Of a stretch of DNA of 64,000 nucleotides, positions 55,719 through 64,000 are shown one piece after another. The position numbers and the translations under genes were made by a program. Source of the stretch: an uncultured delta proteobacterium (GTDB lineage: Bacteria > Myxococcota > Kuafuiibacteriia > Kuafuiibacteriales > Kuafuiibacteriaceae); the NCBI GenBank assembly GCA_963803435.1, contig CAWDML010000003.1, forward strand, positions 800,001-864,000. Reading direction: 5' to 3'. Within the stretch, counting starts at the first letter, position 1. Every line of letters begins with the position of its first letter. Below the pieces are notes generated by a model, which saw nothing but the letters and a program-made list of their open reading frames with translations, ran no database searches and was not told the DNA's origin.

Positions 55719-56132
55719 CTAGAGGAAGACGATCGACGCGACCAGGCACCAGGCGCCGAGTCCGAGACCGGCGAGCCCGAGCGTGCCCTGGTACGGCGAG
55801 ATCTTCGCCAGCGTCTGATCCATCTTTGCCTGCGCGGCCGGGTTCTTGATGAACGTCTTGGCCGTGCCGACACCGAGCAGGATGCCGAGTCCGAGCGTGA
55901 TCACCGAGGTGGCGAGCCAGGTGGCCCACCAGATCGGGAAGGTGGTGAGAAGGTTCAGCGCAAGGACCGCACCGATGATGCCCCACGCGCCCCAGAACGC
56001 GGAGACCACACCCATCCAGCCCTGAAACGGCGTCAGCTTGTCGAGCACACCCTTGAGCTCCGGCTTCTTGCCGATGATCAAGTTCGGGATCGCAAGGGCG
56101 CCGAGAACGATGAGCCAAATTCCGTAAAACAA
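55719..56132 (-). CDS. Hypothetical four-TM membrane protein
   Basis: TTG start with aggaggt RBS; hydrophobic helices; host-like codon usage. Confidence 0.8.
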   Translation of the reverse strand: MFYGIWLIVLGALAIPNLIIGKKPELKGVLDKLTPFQGWMGVVSAFWGAWGIIGAVLALNLLTTFPIWWATWLATSVITLGLGILLGVGTAKTFIKNPAAQAKMDQTLAKISPYQGTLGLAGLGLGAWCLVASIVFL

Positions 56133-56259
56133 AGTCGTACCTCCTGGCGTAGCGGACGCTCCGCTCAGTGCGAAGCGTCGAGCCCACAGACGGGCGCTGA
56201 GGACGGCTTATTCACACTCGGGGTGAACTTTTTTTTGACGCTCGACGTCGTGCGTTCAT

Positions 56260-57613
56260 TCACGTGGCGGTCATCACGAACACGTGGTGGGTCCAGGGCG
56301 CCAGGTCGAGGTAGAGGCCGGTCGACGCCATCTCCTGGCCGTTCCTCAGGTAACGGGCGTCCGACAGGCGATCGTGGAGCGCCACCGGCGTCGCGAAACC
56401 GCCGACCGTGACGTACCCCTGCGCTCGCTCCGGACCGTAGTTCACGGCGATCAGCGTGTCGCCGCGCCGGAAGACGATCAGCTGCTCGGCAGCTCCCGTT
56501 GTCCGTCCAGGCCGGCCGCGGGTCGCAGAGCCAGAAGTCGGCGGCGCGCAGCGGGAGCAGCGCCAGCAAGGCCTCGTAGAAGCGCGCGATCTCCGGATCC
56601 GCCGGCTCTTCGACGCGCCGGGCCAGGTGGACGTTGGTGTGGACGTTCCTGCCCTCCAGCTGGCCTTCGTGCACGAAGATCATCCCGGGGAGGAAGAACG
56701 CGATCACCATGGCGGCGCGGTGGACCTCCGGCGGAAAGGTGCAGGCCGCCCGGGGCTCGTCGTGGTTCTCGAGGAAGCGGACCAGCTTCGTTTGAAACGA
56801 ATGATCGCCGAGCAGGTGGAGCCGCACCGCGGTCGGATCCCGCGCGGCCAGTCGATCGTACAGGATCTTGTCGTACGTGAGGTCGAAGCCCTGCTGCTGC
56901 AGCTCCCAGTGGAGCGAGTAGGTCTCGGCGACGAAGGTGAAGGCCGCGTGCTTCGCCTTCACCTCGCGGATCGCGCGCGGCCAGAGCTCGAGCGCGGGCC
57001 CGCCCCAGTGGCGCTCGAAGACCTGGGGATGGACCAGCATCGCCATGTCACAGCGGACGCCGTCGCATCGGTTCGCGATCTGCTGGAGCTCGCCGATCAT
57101 CGCCTCGATCAGCGCCGGGTTGCGGTAGTCGAGCTGCCGGGTGTCGACCCAGCGACCGCCCGAGTCGCCGCCGTGGGCCTCGCCGACGAAGTAGTCCGGG
57201 TGCTCCGACACCCACGGGTGGTCGAGCGCCGTGTGATTGGGGACGAAATCGAGGATCAGTCGGAGTCCCCGCGCGCGCAGCCGCTTGCGGAGCGAGGCCA
57301 GGGCCGCGTCGTCGCCGAAGTCCGAGTGCACGCGATACGCCGTGATCGCGAAGGGCGAGCCGCAGACGTCGTGGTCCGTCCAGCCGGGGAGGTCGTGGTC
57401 GTAGCCCGCGCGCAGGCCGGGATCGGTCCGCGACACGCGACAGCCGGCCTCGCCGGTCTGCCAGACGCCGAGAAGATAGACCCAGTCGAAGCCGAGCGCG
57501 GCGATCCGATCGAGCAGCGCGTTGGGGACGTCGGCGAGCGTCGCCGGCCTCCCGAGCGCGCGCGAAAGCTCGCCGAGCATGATCCGCGTGTTGAGCTGGT
57601 AGAGGGCGCTCAG
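56260..57613 (-). CDS. Alpha-amylase family (GH13) protein (frameshift near 56490)
   Basis: LYQLNTR, LILDFVPNH, DGVRCDMA, FVAETY, FLENHDE; C-terminus in ORF 56260..56445; start unclear. Confidence 0.85.
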
Positions 57614-58239
57614 TTCTTCCCCTCGCTGTCTGCGATCATGCGCCGCACGCGCGCCGCGTCGGGCGCGTCGGGGGCCAGCTCGATGTAGCGGCGGTAGTGC
57701 GCGAGCGCCTGCTTGGTGTCGTCGATCCGCGCGTAGAGCACACCGAGGCTCCGGTGGCACCCGGCCGAGATCGGGTTGAGCTCGAGGCACGCCAACAGGA
57801 GCGTGCGCGCCCGATCCACGCGACCCGCCGCCAGCGAGGTCTCGGCCTCGTTCCCCAGGTCGCGCGCCAGCGTCTTCAGCTTCGGATCGAGGGCGGGCGG
57901 CGGGCTGGCGGCGAGCGTGCGCGGCGGTGGCTCGGGGATCCTCTCACCGGTGGTGTCGGCGATGATCTTGCGGACCTGGGGGGCGTCGTCCGCGTACGGA
58001 TCGAGGGTCACGTAGACCTTGTAGTGGTGGATCGAGCGGGCGAGGTCGTCGGTCTTGGCGAACAGGACTCCGAGATGCCGGTGGCAGCTGGCGGTGTTGG
58101 GATCGAGGCGGACGCAGGTCTCGAGCTCGCGCTGGGCCTCGGCCAGATGGCCGGAGAGGTAGAGCTGGACGCCCTTCTTCTCGTGCTCGAGCGATGCGGG
58201 TGTTGCGATCAGCAGGAGGGTGAGGAGCTCCGGTCGCAT
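57610..58239 (-). CDS. Exported TPR protein with two repeated TPR blocks
   Basis: Start [10 protein letters not shown]; duplicated CHR[HS]LGVL[FY]A...HY..Y..L.P.A.DA block. Confidence 0.8.
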   Translation of the reverse strand: MRPELLTLLLIATPASLEHEKKGVQLYLSGHLAEAQRELETCVRLDPNTASCHRHLGVLFAKTDDLARSIHHYKVYVTLDPYADDAPQVRKIIADTTGERIPEPPPRTLAASPPPALDPKLKTLARDLGNEAETSLAAGRVDRARTLLLACLELNPISAGCHRSLGVLYARIDDTKQALAHYRRYIELAPDAPDAARVRRMIADSEGKN

Positions 58240-61200
58240 CGGGCGGATGATGCCACGAGGCTCCGCCGTCGTGCGAGCCCGACCGCCAACGCGAGACCTG
58301 CCAGGAGCAGCCACGACCACGAGCCGCCGCGGCTGGCGGCGCCGGTGGTGTTGCAGCCGCAGCCGCCCGCGTCCTGGCTGAGCCCCGGATTCAGGTCGTC
58401 CGGCGTCTCGCACGAGGTGTCCCCGGCCGGACAGGTCGGGTTCGGGTCGGGCATCATCATCATCGGCGTCGGCGTGCAGTTGCTCTCGCAGCCGTCGCCG
58501 TCGGCGCCGTTGCCGTCGTCGCACACCTCACCGGGATCGACCTTGCCGTCGCCGCAGGTCGGCGCCTTGGGCGTGATCGTGCAGTCGTTCTCGCAGCCGT
58601 CGCCGCCCGCAGCGTTGCCGTCGTCGCACTGCTCGCCCGGATCGACGTTCCCGTCGCCGCAGCGGGCGGGCGGGGTGACGTCGTCGAAGGCCACGATGCA
58701 GAAGTCGTCGATCGTCCAGCCGCCGAACTCGAGGCCGGCGTCGGAGGTGAGCCGGAAGTCGACCTGCACCTTGCCGTCGCATGATCGTGTTCGAGAGATC
58801 GACGTCCTGGAACCGCCACTCGCCGATCCTGGTGATGCGGTGGCGCCGCCGTTGCCGGTGGTCAGGTTGGTCCAGACCGGCTGGCCGTTGGCGAGGATCG
58901 TGCGCCTGGTCGAAGTTGCCGTCCTCGACGTTGAGCCAGCGGCGGTACTGCAGCCGCACGTTCGTCGTGGCCCAGACGTCGACGGCCGGGCATGGAGCGC
59001 GTTGGTCTTGTTGGACTGATAGAGGCCGTTGTAGTTGCCGCCGCCGAGGTCGTTGCCGTAGACGCGCTGCCCGGAGAACGCGCGATCGGGATCGCCGCTC
59101 CCGGCGGTGCCCTGCGGCGCGCCCCACTGCCAGTCGTCGGCGCCCTCGCGTCGTCGCCGGCGATCAGCTCGTGCGTCCAGCCGTCGGGAGCGGGGTCGCT
59201 CTCGAAGTCGGTGCAGTACAGCATCGACGACGTCGCCGACGAACAACTCGTACCACGGGTCGGCGGGGTTGTCGGGGAAGCGACGTGTCGCCGTTGGCGA
59301 GCGTGACCTCGACCCGGTACTCGCACGACCGCGCCCGGGCGCCTGCGCCGGGATGTCGGCCGAGAAGCCGCCGGTGACCGCGCCCATCGTCATCGTGCCG
59401 CCGGTGCCGGGATCGGATCGCGCAGCGCGCCACTCGAGCGTCGCGCTGCCGATCGCGATCGCCGGGGCACTCGACGTCGCGCATGCCCAACGGCAGATGG
59501 ACGGTGAAGCCGGTGCGCTCGGGGAGGCCGAGCGGCGGGCCGACGGTGCTGGGATCGGCCAGGCCGTGGGCGGAGAACGCCTCGTTGATCGCGCACAGGT
59601 TCGGCGTGCCGTTGGCGAGGTCGCCGTCGTCGTCGTCGGCCGCCAGGACCTCGACGTAGATCGAGGGGATGTCGACCGCGCTCTGGAAGATCGCGTAGAG
59701 GACAGTGATCGGTGTCAGCTCGACGCCGGCGTCGTCGCCCATGCTCGCCACCAGGAGCTTGCGGAGATCCCACAGCGCGCCGCCGATGATCAGGCCGGTC
59801 TCGTGTGGACTCGCCGGATGTCGTCGGGCCAGGTGGCCTCGACCTGCGCCGGATCGAGGTGGCGCAGCGGACGGTCGTCGTAGAAGAAGCCGCGGCCCAT
59901 GCCGGGTCGTCGGTGGTGGTGGCCGACAGATAGTCGGCTACGCCCTCGGAGAGCGAGGTGTCGAAGTCGCCGACGCCCTCGATGATCGCGTGGGCGTGCA
60001 GCGAGTGGCCGAACTCGTGATAGACGACGTCCGGCGAGGCGGCCGGTGTTCTCGCACTGCTGGCTGGCCTGGAAGAAGTTGGTCCCGACGCCGTCCGAGA
60101 ACGCGTTGCAGGTGTCGTTGATGTTGACGGTGACCGGCACGTGGTCGGTGAAGAGCCATGTCATGTCGGGGGCGATCAGCCGCGCCCAATCCTTGACGTG
60201 GTTGGTGGCGACGAACGCGATCACCTGCGAGTCCATCATCTCGTCGGAAGAGACGTCCCATACATGAGACTGGCCGTCGTCGAGGGTGAACTGCTCGCTG
60301 GCGTTGGGGCCGGAGTCGTTGACGACGACCACGTCGGTGCCGCGGGCGTGCGCCGTGACGGTGGCCGGCCCGCCATCGGCGAAGCTGAACACGCCGGCGG
60401 CGTCGGCGGTGACGTTCTGTGTTCCAACGGTGAGCTGGGCCCGCTCGGCCGGCTGGTCCAGTCGGGTGGCCCCAGGCCAGCGCTCGGGCGAATTGAAGAG
60501 GACTGTCCCGCTGGCGAACATGAGCGTCTGCTTGCGTGCGATCGGCCGGCCGCTGAGCGCGTCGAGCCAGACCGACCAGCGGCCGATCGGATCCCGGCCG
60601 TCGACGGTCACCTGGAACACGCCGTGGTAGGTGATCGAGCCGTCGCTCCTCACGATCGGGAGCACGTACGGACCCTCAATCGCGGGCCGCGACTCGGTGC
60701 GCGAGCCGAAGTCACCGGCGATCCAGCGCTCCGCCTTGGCCCGGAGCGAGGCGGAGGGCGCAGCCTTGGGGAGCTCGACGCGGACGTTCGGAAACGCCTC
60801 CGAGCCGATCACAATGATGCGATCGTTCTTGATGCGGACGCTGATCTGTCCGCCGAGCACGCGCGTGCCTCGATAGCGCTGGACGAAGCCGAGGGCGCGG
60901 ACGCCGCTCGCGGCGTCGAGGTGGTTCGAGACCGCCTCGAAGTCGTCGATTGAGGTGCCCGGCGCGATCAATGGGAGCTCGCCGGAAAGCAGCGTGCGGG
61001 CGGCGGCCTCGGCGATCTTGGGGTCGCCGCTGGCGCCTGGTACCGGAACGCCTTCTCCGAAGATCCGGGCCGGCACCCCGCGGTCGAGGTCCCAGTACGC
61101 CTGCCAGCGCCCGCCGTGGCGGACCAGGAAGCTCTGCCACTCCGCGGCGCGGGCGGACGGCGTCTCCCAGCCGACGTGCGGCTGAATGCGGGCCTTGAGC

Positions 61201-61316
61201 CCGGAGGCGACCTGGATCTCCTCCTGTTGATCGAGATGTCCCGGCTGCTCGAACGCAAAGCTCGCCGCCGGAAGACTGAGCAAGAGGCCGATCGCGAAAC
61301 CGCCGACTCGCCGCAC
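58209..61316 (-). CDS. Secreted M36/M4-like zinc metallopeptidase with Cys-rich repeats and MYXO-CTERM (many frameshifts)
   Basis: GGAGG RBS and signal peptide; DVVYHEFGH near 60010; LSEGVADY; [11 protein letters not shown] repeats; GGCGC...[16 protein letters not shown] tail. Confidence 0.8.
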
Positions 61317-61440
61317 TTTTACCTCCCGTGTGTTCCCGTCCCGAAACCCATTGATATCACGCGGGGTCCTGCTCCATGCTCTCCGGCGAGGGGACGTCAC
61401 CCGTGTGACGTAGCCGTTCACCCTCACCGAAGGAGCCGAG

Positions 61441-62529
61441 ATGGTCGCATCGAAACGCAGCTTGCAGATCACGATCGGGGCCGTCGCCCTCCTCGGGATC
61501 GCGGGCGCAGCCCGGGCTGAGCAGAAGCGAACGCTGATGTCGAAGACCTACTTCGTCGACCGGAAGTATCGCTCGATGAAGGGCCCCCAGAGCACGCAGG
61601 AGTTCATGCTCGGCGACGCCTCCAAGCCGGAGCTGGTGTGGGTGACCGGCTACGAGGCGGTGATGGTCGGCAAGGATGGGGACACGCCGATGCCCCAGGA
61701 CTTCATGTGCCACAGCAACCTCGACGTCGATCCGATGAAGCACCGCGACCTGATGGAGGTGGAGCCGGGGATCTCGGGCCGGCTCTTCACGCTCTCGCAG
61801 GGCCAGCTCGACATCGAGTTCCCCGAGGGCTTCGGCATCCCGCTCCTGTCGAACGAGCCGCTGTCCCTCACGACGCAGGTGCTCAACCTCAACGAGGAGG
61901 GCAAGACGTTCGACGTCCGCCACAAGGTGACCTTGCACTACGTGCGCGACGCCGATGGGAAGGGCATGAAGCCCCTGTTCCAGAAGAGCGCCTACGGCCT
62001 CAAGCTGCTCGAGGGGAAGGACGGCTTCTACGGGGAGAAGGCCCACGAGGACGAGCACCACGGCCCCGGCTGCATGGAGGGCTCGAACGCCTCCAGCCAC
62101 ACCTACGACGATCAATACGGGCGCAAGTTCACGGGCCACTGGGTGGTACCGCCCGGGCGCGAGGTCAACCACACGCCGGTCACCAAGCTCCTGTCGCTGC
62201 CGTACGACACCACCGTCCACTACATCGCGGTGCACCTGCACCCGTTCGCCGAGTCGCTCGAGCTCGTCGATCTCACCGACAAGAAGACCGTGTTCAAGAG
62301 CATCGTCCGCTCGACGCCCGGACGGATCGGGATCGCGCACGTCGACTACTTCTCCAGCGTCGAGGGCGTCATGATGTACGACGATCACGAGTACGAGCTG
62401 ATCAGCGTGTACAACAACACGACCAAGGAGCCGCAGGATTCGATGGCGGTGATGTACCTCTACTTCCTCGATAAGAAGTTCGAGAAACCCGACGCAGGGC
62501 AGCTGGCGAAGGCCGCCAAGAGCAAGTGA
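61441..62529 (+). CDS. Secreted PHM-like (copper type II monooxygenase-like) protein
   Basis: Signal peptide; HYIAVHLHP (HxH); YELISVYNN...DSMAVM; additional His cluster. Confidence 0.55.
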   Translation: MVASKRSLQITIGAVALLGIAGAARAEQKRTLMSKTYFVDRKYRSMKGPQSTQEFMLGDASKPELVWVTGYEAVMVGKDGDTPMPQDFMCHSNLDVDPMKHRDLMEVEPGISGRLFTLSQGQLDIEFPEGFGIPLLSNEPLSLTTQVLNLNEEGKTFDVRHKVTLHYVRDADGKGMKPLFQKSAYGLKLLEGKDGFYGEKAHEDEHHGPGCMEGSNASSHTYDDQYGRKFTGHWVVPPGREVNHTPVTKLLSLPYDTTVHYIAVHLHPFAESLELVDLTDKKTVFKSIVRSTPGRIGIAHVDYFSSVEGVMMYDDHEYELISVYNNTTKEPQDSMAVMYLYFLDKKFEKPDAGQLAKAAKSK

Positions 62530-63161
62530 GCGGCTGGCGCGAGGTCACCGCGCGCGTCGCCGAGGTCTGCCGGGAAGGCGGGCTCGACGTCGTCCATCCT
62601 TTTCCGCGGGAGGCGCAACTCGGGATCCTCATCGGCAACACGCGGGCGCTGTGGCCGGCGCTCCTGGCCGCGGCCGATCCGGAGGCGAAGGATCCCCTCG
62701 ACGCGCATGTGACCGCCGTGATCGCCCGGGCGCTGGCGCCGTTTCCCCACCGCGTGCGGTACGCCCACGACCCGATCCCGGAGTTCGTCCCGATCCAGCG
62801 GATCGCGGAGGAGAGCGGGCTGGCGCGGCGGTCGCTCTCGCAGCTCTCCATCCATCCCACGTACGGGCCGTGGATCGGCCTGCGGGCGGTGGCGACGATC
62901 GAGGTCGAGGGGCTGCCGCCGCCGGCACCGCCGCCGGTGTCACCGGGCTGCGAGGGCTGCGAGCTCCGGTGTCGGGCGGCGCTCGACGAGGCGCTCGAGT
63001 CGGGTGGCTGGCGGCGCTGGCTTGCGGTGCGCGACGCGTGCAACGTGGGGCGGGAGTGGCGTTATGGCGAGGATCAGATCGCGTATCACTACACGAAGGA
63101 TCGGGAGGTTCTGCGTCGCGCCGTGGTAGAGGTCCGGCGTGGAGCTCGATCGTCTGGCTGA
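62526..63161 (+). CDS. MMACHC/CblC-like cobalamin-processing protein
   Basis: LIGNTRALW, LSIHPTYGPWIGLRAV, WLAVRDAC, YGEDQIAYHY. Confidence 0.72.
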   Translation: MSGWREVTARVAEVCREGGLDVVHPFPREAQLGILIGNTRALWPALLAAADPEAKDPLDAHVTAVIARALAPFPHRVRYAHDPIPEFVPIQRIAEESGLARRSLSQLSIHPTYGPWIGLRAVATIEVEGLPPPAPPPVSPGCEGCELRCRAALDEALESGGWRRWLAVRDACNVGREWRYGEDQIAYHYTKDREVLRRAVVEVRRGARSSG

Positions 63162-63678
63162 GCTGACCGTCCTCGATCCCGCGGGCCAGGCCGTGCGCGT
63201 GGGAGACCTTTGGCGCGAGCGACCCGCCGTGATCGCCTTCATCCGCCACTTCGGCTGACTGTTCTGCAAGCAGCAGGTCGCGCAGTTGCGCGACGCGCAC
63301 CAGGACATCCGCGCGCGGGGCGGCGAGCTGTTCGTGATCGGCAACGGCCCGCCGTACTTCGCGGAGATCTTCAAGAGCGATCTGAAGCTCGAGGCTCCGC
63401 TCTACACCGACCCGTCGCTCGAGACGTACCGGGCTGCCGAGCTCAACCGCGGCGTGGCGGCGACCGTCGGGCTCGGCGCGCTGAAGAATGCGTTCGGCGC
63501 GTTTCGCCAGGGCTTCCGTCAGACGGGCACGAAGGGCGATCCGTGGCAGCTCGGCGGCGTGCTGGTGGTGTCGCCCGACGGGCGTGTCCTCTATCGCCAG
63601 GCCAGCGAGGTCGCCGGCGATCACCCGCCGGTGGAGGCGGTCATGACGGCGCTGACCTCGAACCGGTCGAGCTCGTAG
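63139..63678 (+). CDS. Peroxiredoxin-like (AhpC/TSA, PRXL2/SelL-like) selenoprotein with UxxC motif
   Basis: GTG 63139 in frame through TGA 63256-63258: FIRHFG-U-LFC, continuing into track ORF 63286..63678 (LYTDP, QLGGVLVV). Confidence 0.85.
63259..63300 (+). promoter_or_regulatory. Candidate bacterial SECIS element
   Basis: GCAGGTC at 63273-63279 and stem gtcgcgc-agtt-gcgcgac directly 3' of the in-frame TGA. Confidence 0.5.
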
Positions 63679-64000
63679 ACCTTGTAGGCGCGCTGGATGA
63701 CCGGACGCGCCACGTTGCGGACCGGCACCCCGCCGGGGGTGAAGCCCCGCTCGATGCCGCGGTGCGCGTGGCCGTGAATCGCGAGCGTGCAGTCGCAGTC
63801 GTCGATCACCTCTCCCAGCATGTACGAGCCGAGGAACGGATAGATCTCGAGGCGCTCGCCGTGGACGGTCCCCTCGGTCGGGGCGTAGTGGAGCAGCGCG
63901 ATCCGAGCGTCGCACTCCAGGCTCGCCAGCGCAGTGCACAGGCCCGCAGCGACGTCCTTCGTGTGGCGGATGAACGCCTTCATCTCCGGCTCGCCGAACT
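63621..64000 (-). CDS. Metallophosphoesterase (3' part; 5' end outside window)
   Basis: LLHYAP, IYPFLGS, IHGHAH. Confidence 0.8.
   Translation of the reverse strand, partial: FGEPEMKAFIRHTKDVAAGLCTALASLECDARIALLHYAPTEGTVHGERLEIYPFLGSYMLGEVIDDCDCTLAIHGHAHRGIERGFTPGGVPVRNVARPVIQRAYKVYELDRFEVSAVMTASTGG

Overview
Very GC-rich (about 70% by eye), gene-dense bacterial chromosome segment, most likely Myxococcota (inferred from a MYXO-CTERM tail, myxobacterial Cys-rich repeats, Ser/Thr kinases and an ECF/FecR-TPR module). About 57 real genes can be picked from the six-frame track; most other long ORFs are GC-rich shadow frames. I saw no rRNA, tRNA or CRISPR array. At least seven genes carry apparent single-base frameshifts, probably long-read assembly errors. 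Main points: (1) an outer-membrane beta-barrel gene coupled to a secreted protein fusing three LysM-like domains to a 14-heme cytochrome c; (2) two small foldback-like elements with TAG-GAGC ends and inverted short-repeat arms, both beside a host TAG stop codon, carrying an IS5 remnant plus a four-helix-bundle gene in one case and an IS1182 fragment in the other; (3) a hidden UxxC selenoprotein with a candidate SECIS, coupled to a CblC/MMACHC-like gene and a PHM-like copper monooxygenase; (4) an operon of secreted nuclease, Asp/Cys-repeat lipoprotein and repeat-fused porin facing a GlpT-type transporter; (5) an atypical ACP / GcvT-like / fused KS-CLF / AMP-ligase cluster. All family calls come from motif recognition by eye, not database searches.
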